Positions 16,498 through 27,101 of a stretch of DNA of 64,000 bases are shown here, in pieces; within the stretch, counting starts at the first letter, position 1; every line of letters begins with the position of its first letter. The notes under the pieces are model-generated. The model did not search any database and had not been told where the DNA came from. It saw only the letters and a list, made by a program, of their open reading frames with translations. Both the position numbers and the translations under genes were made by a program. The DNA comes from Candidatus Latescibacterota bacterium (GTDB lineage Bacteria; Latescibacterota; UBA2968; UBA8231), in contig OZ242005.1 of assembly GCA_965204725.1 (NCBI GenBank), forward strand, positions 864,001-928,000, in the 5' to 3' direction.

Positions 16498-17463
16498 TTA
16501 AACCCCCAATGCCTCGGCGATAAAGCGATACGCCCGCTGGCGGCTGGCGACGGGAAAATCGTGGTCGCAATCTGGATGGATCGCTTGCAGGGCCTCGCCG
16601 GCCCCGTACAGATCGTACACCGCTCGGGCGGTCTCGACCACTGTGGCGACGCTGCGCCAGCGGAAATTGGAGTCGCCCAAAGGCGCAGAGATGAAGCAAG
16701 GGCGCGGTGCTAACGCAGCGATCATATCGTGGAAGTCAAAGGGAAGGTCCTGCAAGGCGTAGTCCTGTAAGCGCGGCATGTAGCGATCGCTGGTCCAGCC
16801 GGTGATATCGCCGTCCATGTAATCTCGGTAGGAATCGAACCCGCAACTGGAGACGACAGCGGCGATGCGCGGGTCGAAAACCGCAGTGTAGATCGAATTG
16901 TGCCCGCCGAGCGAGTGGCCGATGGCGGCGCAAGACGCCCCCGCGACAAAGTGCAGGTCGGCCAGCAGATCGAGGCCGCGCACATTGTCCCATATCGCCT
17001 TCATGGTCCCCGACTGATAGCCGAGAGCACGCCAGTCCGGGCGATAATCGGCCAGCAGGGGATACGCCGGGGCAAGGGCGACAAAGCCGGCTTGAGCCAG
17101 TTCGCTGGCATAAGCGCGGTTGGCGCGGCCACCCAACCCGACGACTCCCTTGTGGCCGATGCGGTCGTCCGTGGGATGGAGGCAAAGCACGGCCGGGGCC
17201 GGAGATTGGAGAGCGGCGTGGGGAATCAGCAAATAAGCCGGCACTCGACAATCCGGCTCGGAGACGTAGGTAATGAACCGACGAGTATAAGAGCCGCAAT
17301 CTACTGTTTCGCCGAATTGAACATCGAGTGGCCCGCGCTTTTCCGGCCCGGGCAGCGGCCCCATGACCTGCTGCATGGCCTTCCACAGAGCAGGGCGTTG
17401 AGCTTCCCAAGCATCCCGAGCGGAAGGCGGGGCGACGAGGCGCAGGCTGGAAAAGACGGGCAT
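16498..17463 (-). CDS. Alpha/beta hydrolase (dienelactone hydrolase/acetyl xylan esterase-like)
   Basis: VPAYLLIP, AVLCLH, GHSLGG nucleophile elbow, APRP, HDF. Confidence 0.88.
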   Translation of the reverse strand: MPVFSSLRLVAPPSARDAWEAQRPALWKAMQQVMGPLPGPEKRGPLDVQFGETVDCGSYTRRFITYVSEPDCRVPAYLLIPHAALQSPAPAVLCLHPTDDRIGHKGVVGLGGRANRAYASELAQAGFVALAPAYPLLADYRPDWRALGYQSGTMKAIWDNVRGLDLLADLHFVAGASCAAIGHSLGGHNSIYTAVFDPRIAAVVSSCGFDSYRDYMDGDITGWTSDRYMPRLQDYALQDLPFDFHDMIAALAPRPCFISAPLGDSNFRWRSVATVVETARAVYDLYGAGEALQAIHPDCDHDFPVASRQRAYRFIAEALGV

Positions 17464-17589
17464 AATCAGAAAACAAGCGTTATGGAATACCTAGGCAGAA
17501 AGAGACAGCAAACTATTCAACAGATTCAGCATCCTAAGCCCTCTGAGAGTACCTTAAAACGGGCACCATACTGCGTCAAACCCGTCTCG

Positions 17590-20031
17590 TCAAAAGGCGC
17601 GGAGGGCCTCGGGCCACACTTCGGCGGGAACGGGTGGGCGGGGATGGCTCGCAGGAGACGCCGGATCCTCGGGATGGACGCTGAGGAAAGTGAAAGCGGC
17701 GAACCAACACAGGGCGACTAAGAGCAGGAGACCGAGCGCACGGCCGACTGAGCCTGTTGGCGGAGCGGCACTAACGCCCTCGGCAGGAATTCGGCGGCTG
17801 CCTAAAAAGAGGGCCGTGCCCGCTAAAACATAGATGGCGGCCCCCACTTCGAGCACCCCGCGGATGCTCCATTCCATGCCCAACGCTACGGCCCCGACCG
17901 AGCCGAGCACCGAGAAGAAACCATTGACGGCCCACAGCCAAGGGACGAGCCCGACACGTTGCCCACCGCCCAAGCGCAGACAGGCCGGGAAGCAGGTGCC
18001 CAGCACCATCCCAAGCGGCGCGACGAGGGCCAACGTTAGCCCCACCCGCGCCGGTAGAGACCACGCCAAGGCCCCAACGAGCACCCCATCGAGCAAGAAC
18101 CCATAGAGATAGCAGACGAGACCGACGCCGACGCCGACCAACCCCAACCCCCGAGGATGCGCGAGCGGGCGACACCATCCGCCCGCGAGGCTCCCGGCCC
18201 CCGTGCCCAGCAACAACCCAAAGAGCGCGACCGCCAGCGTTAGCGTCGGATAGCCGAGAAATAGGCCAAAGCGCTGCAAAAGATGGATCTCTACCATCAT
18301 AAAACCCGCGCCCAACCCGGCGACGAACAACGCCCACAGCAGCGGCGATGGCCCGGACGCGCTCGGCTGGCGCGTACTCAGCAGCGGCACCAACATCACC
18401 AGCGCACACGCCAACAACGCGCCGATCAACAGCCGGGTCAGCTTGGAATCCAGCCCGCGCGTCGCGTCGTAAAAAAAGGGCCGGTCGTCGGTCGTCGGCG
18501 AGATGTCGAGCGCGGCCGCAGCGACAAAGTCCGCCAGCGCGGTCGTGCGCAATGCCGCCAGCGCCGGCTGCTCGCGCCGGCCGGGCGAGAAGTACGCGTC
18601 TAGCCCCAACTCCGCCATGACCGCGTGTAGCCGCGCCAACTGCTCGGCTGTATAGGGCTGCTGCTGCACCAGCAACAAGGGGCGGTGGGCCTCCGCTCGC
18701 GCCGGGTCGCCGCGGGGGCCATTGACGACGACGAGGTGATCGAGGACCGCGCTCGGCTCGTGGCCGCGCTGCTCCCACAGCGAGCCTAAGGTGGCGACCG
18801 TCCGCAACATCAGCGCGTGATTGTGAACCACCAAGGCCAGCCGACCGCCTTCGGCCAGATGGTCGAGATAGGCGGCAAACGCCTCGCGGGTGAACAGGTA
18901 GTTCTCGGAGAGCGCGTACCCCACCAAGTCGGCCGCCTCGGCATACACCAAGGGCAGGGCGATTAGATCGTAGCGCACACGGGAACGCTCCAGATAGTTG
19001 CGGCCATCGCCGATGTGCCACTCCACACCGTCCAAGTCGTACAAATGACCGTTGTACTCTCCATAAGAGCGGACCAGCGCGGCGATCTCCGGGTTGATCT
19101 CTACGGCTTCGATTTGCCGCCAGCCGGTCATCAGTGCGTAGAGCACATCGGCCCCGCCGCCCGGGCCGATGATCAGGGCGCGGTCGCGCTGGGAAAAGTA
19201 ATAGGGGAAAAACGCGGCCTCGCGGCGCAAGAAAAACAGCCGCCGGTAATCTCCGGGGAAGCGAAACATGTACGAGCCAGCCCCGCCATCGACGTACAAA
19301 TTCAGGCCGGTGTCGCCCGTGCGATCTACGAGATCGGTGCGCGCATAAGCACTCCAGCGCGTGGCCTGTACTTCTCCGCGATGGCGCGCCGCGCCCAACG
19401 CCCGGAACATCGGCTTGTCAGCGGCCTCGGCCAGCGCAACGAGGTTGACGAGCTCGCGTTGTTGGGCACTGTAGGCGACGACTCCGGTCGCCAAAATAAT
19501 AGGGCCAGCCCATGCCCAGCGGCCCAAAAAGAGCGCGGCGGCCGCCACCGCAAAGACGCCCGCGCTCAACAGGGCACCGACGCCGCCCAACCATTCGAGG
19601 GCCGCCACGACGTAGAGGATGCCGAGGGCCGCGCCGACCAAGTCCCAAAAGTAGAGGATTTGGCTTTGTTGGTGCCGCGCCCGGAAGGCGAGGGCGAGAA
19701 ACGCGCCAGCCGCGATAAAGGGGAGACCGGCCAAGGCGACCACCAGCGGTAGCGGCATGCGGGGAAATTGGGCTAAGGCCAACGCGCCGCCCCCCATGCT
19801 GACGCCGCAGCCAACCGCCCAACAGCCCAAGTGTAGCCGCTCTTCCCGCACCCGCAGCACCGCACTCAGCGCCGCGCCCAACCCCACGCCGCAGATCGCT
19901 CCTGACACCACGAGAAACGTGTAGTGATAGTGCTGCAAAAAGGAAACCAGCCGGACGAGGCCGATCTCATAGCCGATGACGGCCGCGGCCACCAGCCCCA
20001 CGCCGAGCTGGAGCCGCCGCTCAGTGCTCAT
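17590..20031 (-). CDS. Membrane protein with spermidine-synthase-like SAM-binding domain
   Basis: TM bundles at both ends; LIIGPGGGADV, VEINP, DGRNYL, ENYLFTREA, TDDRPFF, WAVNG; start MSTERR at 20031 overlaps the upstream stop. Confidence 0.85.
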   Translation of the reverse strand: MSTERRLQLGVGLVAAAVIGYEIGLVRLVSFLQHYHYTFLVVSGAICGVGLGAALSAVLRVREERLHLGCWAVGCGVSMGGGALALAQFPRMPLPLVVALAGLPFIAAGAFLALAFRARHQQSQILYFWDLVGAALGILYVVAALEWLGGVGALLSAGVFAVAAAALFLGRWAWAGPIILATGVVAYSAQQRELVNLVALAEAADKPMFRALGAARHRGEVQATRWSAYARTDLVDRTGDTGLNLYVDGGAGSYMFRFPGDYRRLFFLRREAAFFPYYFSQRDRALIIGPGGGADVLYALMTGWRQIEAVEINPEIAALVRSYGEYNGHLYDLDGVEWHIGDGRNYLERSRVRYDLIALPLVYAEAADLVGYALSENYLFTREAFAAYLDHLAEGGRLALVVHNHALMLRTVATLGSLWEQRGHEPSAVLDHLVVVNGPRGDPARAEAHRPLLLVQQQPYTAEQLARLHAVMAELGLDAYFSPGRREQPALAALRTTALADFVAAAALDISPTTDDRPFFYDATRGLDSKLTRLLIGALLACALVMLVPLLSTRQPSASGPSPLLWALFVAGLGAGFMMVEIHLLQRFGLFLGYPTLTLAVALFGLLLGTGAGSLAGGWCRPLAHPRGLGLVGVGVGLVCYLYGFLLDGVLVGALAWSLPARVGLTLALVAPLGMVLGTCFPACLRLGGGQRVGLVPWLWAVNGFFSVLGSVGAVALGMEWSIRGVLEVGAAIYVLAGTALFLGSRRIPAEGVSAAPPTGSVGRALGLLLLVALCWFAAFTFLSVHPEDPASPASHPRPPVPAEVWPEALRAF

Positions 20032-23000
20032 CTTGGGCCTGCTGCAACTCGGCGAGCATCTGCCGCGCCTTGCGGTGTTCGGGGTCGGCTTCGACCGCCC
20101 GGGCAAACGCGGCCTTGGCGCGGGCCTTTTCGCCGGCCAACAGGTAGGCGTTGCCCAAGTTGTAGTGAGCGCGGGCGTAGTGGGGATCGCGGCGCAACAC
20201 CTCTTGGTACGCCGCAATGGCCCGCCCCAGGGCGCGGCGGCGCAGGTAGATGTTGCCCAAGTTGTTGCGGGCGTCGAGATGCCCCGGCGCCACCGTCAAG
20301 GCCGCTTGGTACGCTTGGCGGGCGGCCTCGTACCGGCCCATGCGCGCATAGACCGCCCCCAATTTGTAGTAAGCGTCCGCGTCGTTGGGGTTGAGCACCA
20401 CGGCCGTTTTGTGGGCCAGCAACGGTTGGTGCTCCTGCTGCAAGGCGCGGAAATAGTCAAGGAGTTGGCGGCCGCGCCCAGGTTCGTCGCGCCGCAACAA
20501 GGCTTGGCCCAAGTGATAGTACACTTCCGCACGGTCTGGGTCGGCCGCTAAGGCCCGCTGCAAAAGGGGTATGGCCTCGGCGTCTAAGTTTTCCTGCAAG
20601 AGCAAGATGCCCAGCCGCCCCAAAAGCGCGGCGCTGTTCGGGGCGTATTCCAGCCCCTGCTGCAAAGCAGCGCGGGCGGCCGCGGCGTCCTCGCGCACCA
20701 TCCAGATCTGGGCCGTCAACTCGTGTGCTTCCGCACGCGCCGGCTGCGCTTGCACCACCCCGGCGAGTTGCGCGAGCGCGTCCTCGTATTGCGCTTGGGC
20801 AAAATGGATGCGCGCCAGTTGCAGCATGAGCTCCACTGCCTCGGGGCGGGCCGCAAGGCCCCGGCGCAAAACAGCAATGGCCGGGCCGTAATCGGTCTGC
20901 CGTGCGTGTAAGCCCGCCAAGTTGAAATAGGCTTGGAGGTAGCGCGGCGACAGCGCGATGGCGCGCTCGTAGAGCGGCACGGCCGCGGCCAACCGCTGTT
21001 GGCGCAGGTGGATGTTGCCCAGCAGGTAGTGTGGCTCGGCCAAGGTGCTATCGAGCGCGATCGCCTGCCGGAGCGCGGCGACCGCCTGCTTGAGCGCACC
21101 GCGGTCGGCATAGAGCCGGCCCAAACCCACGTAGGCTTGAGCCGCGCCCGCGTCGATATGTAAGGCGCGGCGATAATGGGCTTCGGCCTCGTCGTAAGCA
21201 CGCTCTCGCCCGAGCGCGGCCGCCAGCTCGATGTGAACAGCGGCGACCTCCGGCTGCGCCTCGGCGGCGGCCCGCAGCTCGGATAGAGGGGCCATCGGCG
21301 GCAGGGGGGCGCGCGTCTTCTCGGGCAAAACCAAGGGGGCTTCCCGCCAGAATTGCTCCAGTTCTTCGGCCTCGCGCCTTGGGGAGCCGGCCGGCGCGGG
21401 GGTAGCGTCCGCCACCGCTTGCGGCTCCCTCGCATCCGGCTCGACGACCCGCAGCACCTGCCCGGCACGCACATCCGTTAAGACTTGGCGCACCCCCGAA
21501 GGCCACGCGATCTCCACCTGCTCGGCCTGCTCGCTCGTTCCCAGCCCAAAGAACATCCGCTCGTCGTTTTGCGACAAATAGCTCGCCGCACCGCGCTTTT
21601 CTGCCACCAGCGTCCGGCCGCCCACGCGCACCGCCACGCGGGCGCCGTAGCCATCGCGGTTGCTCGCTCGCCCCTCTAATGCCAGCGCCAAGTAGTGCCC
21701 CGCTTGGGTATCGTTGCGCCAAAGTAGGGCGCGTTGCCCGGTGTTGACCAAGAAAATATCCAAGTCGCCGTCGTTGTCGTAATCGGCCACGGCCGAGCCG
21801 CGCCCGACCAAATCCCGCGTGGGCGCGGCCACGCCAGCCGCTGCACTTGCATCGACAAAACGGCCTTGGCCATCGTTGAGGTACAACTGGTCGCTCTGGC
21901 CGTAGGTGGCCTGTGGATCAAACCGATTGATGTCCTCGTCAATGTGCCCATTGGCGACGTAGAGATCGGGGTCGCCATCGTTGTCGGCGTCGAGGAAATT
22001 GATGCCAAAGGCCAGCTTGTCCAAGCTGTTGGCCGCGATGCCCGCGGCCAGCGATTCGTCGGCAAACATCCCGCCGCCCGCGTTGTGGTACAAGGTGTTG
22101 CTCTCCCACTGGAAGTTGGTCATCGCCAAGTCGAGGAGGCCATCGCCGTCGCGGTCGGCCACATCCACGCCCATCGTCCCTTCGGGCTTGCCGCCGGCAT
22201 TGTACGCCACACCAGCCACCAGCCCCACCTCCACAAAGCGGCCGCCGTCGTTGCGCCAGAGAAAATTCGGGGTGGCGTCGTTGCCCTGAAACAAATCGGG
22301 ATCGCCGTCGAGATCGCAATCGACAAACGCGACTCCTAACTCGCGGCCCTCGCGGGTGAGCAGCCCGGCCGCGGCCGTCACATCCACAAAGCGGTCACCG
22401 TCGTTGCGCCAGAGCGCGTTTTGCGCCCCCGGATATTCGGTCGGGGCCAAGTGCCGCCGCGGCCGGCGCAGCGTTCCGCCCGCGCTCAACTCGCCGCGCT
22501 CAAACTCGTAGTGCAAGTAGTTGGCTACGTACAGGTCTAAATCACCGTCGAGATCGTAATCGACAAACGACGATCCGGTTGACCACCGCTCGTCTGCCCC
22601 GATCCCGACGGCCGCGGTCACATCCGCAAAGGCCCAACCCCGCGCCGATCCTTCGTTGCGATAGAGCCGGTTGCGGCCAAAGTTAGCCGCAAAGAGGTCG
22701 GCGTCGCCGTCGTTGTCGTAGTCTCCGGCCGACGCGCCCATGCCGTAGCTCGTGTCTGCCACTCCGAGGCTTGCGCCGACCTCGGCAAAGCGACCACCGT
22801 CGTTGCGGTACAGCGCGTTTTGCGGCCGCACCGCCGAGACGGACCCGGGCAAATCCGCCCCATTGACCGCGTACAAATCCATCCACCCGTCGCGGTTGTA
22901 ATCGAAAAACGCCGCTCCAGACCCAATCGTCTCCACCCCGTATTTGCGCCCGGACCGACCGCTGGTATGCACAAAGTCAATCCCGGCGGCCGCGGTCGCA

Positions 23001-23098
23001 TCGACAAAGCGTACGCTCGGCGCAGGCGGCGGCTCGCTCGCAGCGCAGCCACACACTAAGGCGGCGATACACCGTAAAAACCGACTTGGAATCATCAT
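20021..23098 (-). CDS. CRTAC1/ASPIC-UnbV protein fused to a C-terminal TPR array
   Basis: FG-GAP repeats, SNRDGYGARV..SYLSQND..FGLG..WPSG, then many TPRs; likely start MMIPSR at 23098 with lipoprotein-like VCGC. Confidence 0.9.
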   Translation of the reverse strand: MMIPSRFLRCIAALVCGCAASEPPPAPSVRFVDATAAAGIDFVHTSGRSGRKYGVETIGSGAAFFDYNRDGWMDLYAVNGADLPGSVSAVRPQNALYRNDGGRFAEVGASLGVADTSYGMGASAGDYDNDGDADLFAANFGRNRLYRNEGSARGWAFADVTAAVGIGADERWSTGSSFVDYDLDGDLDLYVANYLHYEFERGELSAGGTLRRPRRHLAPTEYPGAQNALWRNDGDRFVDVTAAAGLLTREGRELGVAFVDCDLDGDPDLFQGNDATPNFLWRNDGGRFVEVGLVAGVAYNAGGKPEGTMGVDVADRDGDGLLDLAMTNFQWESNTLYHNAGGGMFADESLAAGIAANSLDKLAFGINFLDADNDGDPDLYVANGHIDEDINRFDPQATYGQSDQLYLNDGQGRFVDASAAAGVAAPTRDLVGRGSAVADYDNDGDLDIFLVNTGQRALLWRNDTQAGHYLALALEGRASNRDGYGARVAVRVGGRTLVAEKRGAASYLSQNDERMFFGLGTSEQAEQVEIAWPSGVRQVLTDVRAGQVLRVVEPDAREPQAVADATPAPAGSPRREAEELEQFWREAPLVLPEKTRAPLPPMAPLSELRAAAEAQPEVAAVHIELAAALGRERAYDEAEAHYRRALHIDAGAAQAYVGLGRLYADRGALKQAVAALRQAIALDSTLAEPHYLLGNIHLRQQRLAAAVPLYERAIALSPRYLQAYFNLAGLHARQTDYGPAIAVLRRGLAARPEAVELMLQLARIHFAQAQYEDALAQLAGVVQAQPARAEAHELTAQIWMVREDAAAARAALQQGLEYAPNSAALLGRLGILLLQENLDAEAIPLLQRALAADPDRAEVYYHLGQALLRRDEPGRGRQLLDYFRALQQEHQPLLAHKTAVVLNPNDADAYYKLGAVYARMGRYEAARQAYQAALTVAPGHLDARNNLGNIYLRRRALGRAIAAYQEVLRRDPHYARAHYNLGNAYLLAGEKARAKAAFARAVEADPEHRKARQMLAELQQAQDEH

Positions 23099-23230
23099 CG
23101 CTTTGATACAGAATGGGTTCTTAGCGACCATAGTATAGCAGCTTGCTACGCGACACGATCCCCCAGCTTTCTTAGAAGCGTTCTTAACACTCTTGTTGCT
23201 TTTGGCTCGTCTTGCCTGACGACGCGAGGC

Positions 23231-23257
23231 GTCATTCCCGCGAAAGCGGGAATCCAG
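23231..23257. repeat. REP-like palindrome
   Basis: gtcattcccgcgaaagcgggaatccag hairpin; inverted near-copy at 42720..42746. Confidence 0.8.
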
Positions 23258-23354
23258 TATTGAAGGATGTAGGATTGCTATAATTAGCACTTAGCAAATT
23301 TACATGGCCCTAATATATTTGATTGAAATAGATACATTTTCTTAGGAGGTCTTT

Positions 23355-24989
23355 TTGCCGCATCTTTTTCTTTTATTACCCACCGCTTTACTCCTCGCCT
23401 GCACCTCCCCCGAACCCCCGTCCAACCCAGCGGTCCTCGCCCGCGTCGGCGACGTCTCAATCACGCGTGACCGCGTCGAGCGCGCGGCCGTGCGGCTCTT
23501 TCCCAAGAACGCCCCGGGCGACCTCCAGCGCCAAGCACTAGAGCAGCTCATCAATGTCGAAGTCTTGCTGTTGGCGGCCCGCCAAGACGGCCTAGACCAC
23601 GACTTCCAAGTCAAGAGCCAAGTCGCGCAACGGGAGCAAGAGCTCATCCTCAACGAAATGTATCGCCGCGGCGTGGTCGCGGTCGCCGAGGACATCAGCC
23701 GCGACGAGGCTCGCCAGTACTTTGAGGAGCACCGCATCGGCCAGCAACGCCGCCTAAGCCGCATTCTCGCCAGTGGGCCAGCCGCCATCGACCGCGTGCT
23801 TGCTCGCCTGCGGACGGCCGACAGCTTTGCCGCAGTCGCGGGCGAACTCTCCGACGACGGCAACACCGCCCAGCAGGGCGGCGACCTCGGCTGGAAGAGC
23901 CGCCTCGACTTCAAAAACTACGTTCTGCGCCGCCAGATATTTGGTGCCCAACGCGGGGAGATCATCGGTCCCGTGCAGGAGCCCGACGGCTTCTCGGTCT
24001 TCGTGGTCACCGACGAGCGCGAAAGGCCCTTTGCGGAGATGGCCCCGGCCGTCATCAAGGCCATGCAGGAGCAGAAACACGCCATCGCCACATTTGAATT
24101 TCTCGAAGAGCTGGCCAACCGCGCCGACATTGTGGAACGGCGCGAGACCTTTGAGCTGCTTTTGGCCCGGCTCAGCCAAGCCGGCGAAGCAATGCCCACG
24201 TTCAACAAGGGGGAAACCGAACTGGTGCTGCTCGAACTCGACGGCGAGCCGTGGACGCTGAACAACTTCATGGCGGCCATGACCAGCGAGCGCAATCCGG
24301 CCGAGATCCGCGAATTGGCCGACTTGCGGCGCTTCGCCCGGCGCCTCTATGCCCTCAAAATTCTGTTGCCCCGTCACGCCCGCGAAATAGGCATTCACGA
24401 GGCCGAGCGCGTCGCCAAGGGGATTGAGACCACGCGCCGCAAAGCCCTCGTCGAGCGCATCCGCCAAGTCCGAGTGCTCGAAACGCTCAACCCGTCCAAG
24501 GAGGAAATCAGCGCGTACTACGAGGCGCGTAAGGACCTCTATGTGCGTGCGGAGCGCATCTCGATCCTCGAAATCCTCGTCGATACGCGCACTCAGGCGG
24601 ACTCGCTGCTGGCCGCCATTGAACGCGGCGGCGAAATAGGCGAGTTGGCCCGCCGCTACTCGCGGCGCAGCACTCGCATCCGCCGCGCCGAAGGACGCAT
24701 CCAGCTTTTGCGCCCCGACAAGTACGGCAATATCGGGTGGGAGGCCAAAGACGCCGAGATCGGCCAGATCGTCGGCCCGGTCAAGACCGCGCAGGGCTTT
24801 GCGGTCTTCGAGGTGCTCAAGAAAATTCCCAGTCGTCAGCAGACCTTGGACGAGGTCTGGGGCCGGGTGCGCTCTCACCTGCTCCAAGATCAGGCCCGGG
24901 AACGCTTTGATGCGCTGCTAGTCAAACTCAACGCGCAGTACGCCGACCAGATTCACATCTACGAGGACCGCCTGTACAAAGGGACTTGA
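23355..24989 (+). CDS. SurA/PrsA-like two-domain PPIase lipoprotein
   Basis: AGGAGG + TTG start; LLAC lipobox; SFAAVAGELSDD..GGDLGW..GPVQEPDGF; second domain GPVKTAQGF. Confidence 0.85.
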   Translation: MPHLFLLLPTALLLACTSPEPPSNPAVLARVGDVSITRDRVERAAVRLFPKNAPGDLQRQALEQLINVEVLLLAARQDGLDHDFQVKSQVAQREQELILNEMYRRGVVAVAEDISRDEARQYFEEHRIGQQRRLSRILASGPAAIDRVLARLRTADSFAAVAGELSDDGNTAQQGGDLGWKSRLDFKNYVLRRQIFGAQRGEIIGPVQEPDGFSVFVVTDERERPFAEMAPAVIKAMQEQKHAIATFEFLEELANRADIVERRETFELLLARLSQAGEAMPTFNKGETELVLLELDGEPWTLNNFMAAMTSERNPAEIRELADLRRFARRLYALKILLPRHAREIGIHEAERVAKGIETTRRKALVERIRQVRVLETLNPSKEEISAYYEARKDLYVRAERISILEILVDTRTQADSLLAAIERGGEIGELARRYSRRSTRIRRAEGRIQLLRPDKYGNIGWEAKDAEIGQIVGPVKTAQGFAVFEVLKKIPSRQQTLDEVWGRVRSHLLQDQARERFDALLVKLNAQYADQIHIYEDRLYKGT

Positions 24990-24994
24990 GCGGT

Positions 24995-25480
24995 TCAATA
25001 AAGCGCGTCCCCGCCAAACCGCATCTTTCCCTTTGAGGCCTCGCCGAAGTACCGTTCTACCTTCTCCCGCGAGCGCGGAAAGTACCGACTCAACTCTTCG
25101 ACTACCGCTTGCACCTTCTCCACGTCTTCTCCCATATCGAGCAAGAGCCGGGCGTACAAAAAGAGCAGTTGCGCGTTGCGGCGATCTACGGCCATGGCCT
25201 GCTCTAGGTGCGTCCGCGCCTCTTCCAGCAGCCCCTCCTCGGCTAGGGCCGTACCCATCAGCAGATTGGCTTCGGCCCCCTCTGGGTACAGCGCGAGCAA
25301 CACCTGCGCCAACTCCCGCAAGGACGTGCCTTTGAGTTGCGGCTGCCCCCGGGCGTGCATGCGTTCCAAAAGATGCCCGTACTCGGCCGTGCGCTGCCGT
25401 TCAAAAAAGGCGAGCCCCGCGCCGACAGCCGCGACTACTAGGAGCAACTTGAGCGAGCGCAAGTATCGCATACGGTCCAC
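24995..25480 (-). CDS. Small membrane-anchored TPR protein
   Basis: N-terminal TM, helical TPR-like ANLLMGTALAEEG..HLEQA; abuts the upstream gene. Confidence 0.7.
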   Translation of the reverse strand: MDRMRYLRSLKLLLVVAAVGAGLAFFERQRTAEYGHLLERMHARGQPQLKGTSLRELAQVLLALYPEGAEANLLMGTALAEEGLLEEARTHLEQAMAVDRRNAQLLFLYARLLLDMGEDVEKVQAVVEELSRYFPRSREKVERYFGEASKGKMRFGGDALY

Positions 25481-25481
25481 T

Positions 25482-27101
25482 TCAGCGCACGAGCGTCATC
25501 CGCGCCAAGTGGCGCACCCCACCGAGTTGCGCCGAGACGAGATAGACGCCGCTGGCGACCGCTCGCCCGCCCGCGTCGCGTCCATCCCACGTTAGCCGAT
25601 AGACGCCAGCCGGCCGGTAGCCCCTGAAGAGCCGCCGCACCGCCTGCCCGAGGAGGTTGTACACCTCGACATGGACTTCGCCCGCCGCTGGCAATGCGAC
25701 TGAGATCGCGGTTGAGGCATTGAAGGGGTTGGGAAAATTGAACAGCCGCACGACGTTAGGGCGAGCCGCGGTCGCAGGCACCGGGATCACGAGGTCCGCC
25801 GCGGCCGCCAATTCGAGCCCAGCCGGCGGCAACCCACTGGGGACGCGCGCTGGCACGTGAACCGCTATCGTCGAATCGGTCAGGGCATGCATGAAGGCCA
25901 ACAGGTCTTGCTTCTCCTCGGCGGTCAGGCCCAGCGGCACCAGTTCGGGGTCGATGTTCTCGCGGTCAATCGTCGGTTCGTCGCCGCCGCCGCGGTCGTA
26001 GAATTCGATGACCTCCTCGAGCGTGGCAATGGCCCCGTCGTGCATGTAGGGCGCAGTCTGCGCGATCTGGCGCAAGCCCACCACGCGGAAAGCACCGATG
26101 TCGCGGCGGTTGCCCGAATTGAGGAATCGACCTTCGTCTCTTCCGGTGGGACGCGGAGTGCCGGTATTGGTCGTGGCCGACGCCCGGCCCGGCCCGATCT
26201 GCTCGACCCCTTGGACGCGGAAGCTCGAATCCGTAAACAGTGGGCCGCTGTGGCAGTTGACGCAACGCGCCTTGTCGTGGAAGAGCACCAACCCGCGCTT
26301 TTGCGCTGGCGTCAGAGCCTCGTCGGCGCCCGCCACATAGCGATCGTAGGGGGTGTTGACCGTGTTTTGCTCGCGCTCAAACGCAGCAATGGCCCGGCCG
26401 AAGGTCGAGCGCGTGATGACCGACTGCAAGGGCGTCGGGTCGTGGACGCAACCGAGGCGCGGCAACTGCCGGGCCACAGAGTCGGCTTCGGCCGGAAAGG
26501 CTTGCTCAAACAGGGTCACGTATTCGGGAATTGACCGCAGCCGCGCCAACACGCTATCCACGGCCATCTCGCGCTCGTACGCGTCGCCGCGCAACTCGAC
26601 GCGCACGATGATCGGCCGCAGGGCTTGGGCCTCCAAGCCGCGGTCTTTGCCATCCCACAGCATGAAGCCCTTGGTCGAGGGCTGCCCGGACTCGTCGCCA
26701 TTGTACCCGACGTTGAAGATGGTCATGGTGTGCCGCGCCTCCGAAATCACGGTATCGCCGGTGACCGCCGAATACCCCAGCACCCGATCCGGCCCCAAGC
26801 CCTGACCCGAAGGGCCGGCCCCGAGTTGCCGCCCGTCGGCCATGCCAAAGGTCGGCAGGTGACACGTGCCACAGGCCGTGTCCTTCTCGCCGCTGAGGAT
26901 GGGGTCGAAAAACAGGAGGCGACCCAACTCGACGCGGTTGGGATTGTAGGGGTTGTTGGCGGGATAGGGCAACGGCGGCAGCGGCTGGAGGCCGAAGCGC
27001 GGCCGCAGGTCGTCTTCCTGCCCTAGTGTGCGCACAGCACTGGCGAGTACGACTAGCGCGACTGCGAAGGCTGCTAGAGACTTCCTATTCATCTTCTTCA
27101 T
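25482..27101 (-). CDS. Di-heme cytochrome c peroxidase/MauG-family protein with C-terminal FlgD/T9SS type-A-like domain
   Basis: LGRLLFFDPILS, CGTCH, WDG, CVNCH, TAPYMHDG; tail NFPNPFN..VYNLLGQ..WDGRD..ASGVY. Confidence 0.9.
   Translation of the reverse strand: MKKMNRKSLAAFAVALVVLASAVRTLGQEDDLRPRFGLQPLPPLPYPANNPYNPNRVELGRLLFFDPILSGEKDTACGTCHLPTFGMADGRQLGAGPSGQGLGPDRVLGYSAVTGDTVISEARHTMTIFNVGYNGDESGQPSTKGFMLWDGKDRGLEAQALRPIIVRVELRGDAYEREMAVDSVLARLRSIPEYVTLFEQAFPAEADSVARQLPRLGCVHDPTPLQSVITRSTFGRAIAAFEREQNTVNTPYDRYVAGADEALTPAQKRGLVLFHDKARCVNCHSGPLFTDSSFRVQGVEQIGPGRASATTNTGTPRPTGRDEGRFLNSGNRRDIGAFRVVGLRQIAQTAPYMHDGAIATLEEVIEFYDRGGGDEPTIDRENIDPELVPLGLTAEEKQDLLAFMHALTDSTIAVHVPARVPSGLPPAGLELAAAADLVIPVPATAARPNVVRLFNFPNPFNASTAISVALPAAGEVHVEVYNLLGQAVRRLFRGYRPAGVYRLTWDGRDAGGRAVASGVYLVSAQLGGVRHLARMTLVR

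Noticed and set aside
13224-23098. Recurrent gtcgccgtcgttgtc-like DNA repeats
   Set aside because: These encode FG-GAP (DxDxDGD) protein repeats in the two CRTAC1 paralogs, not a DNA-level array.
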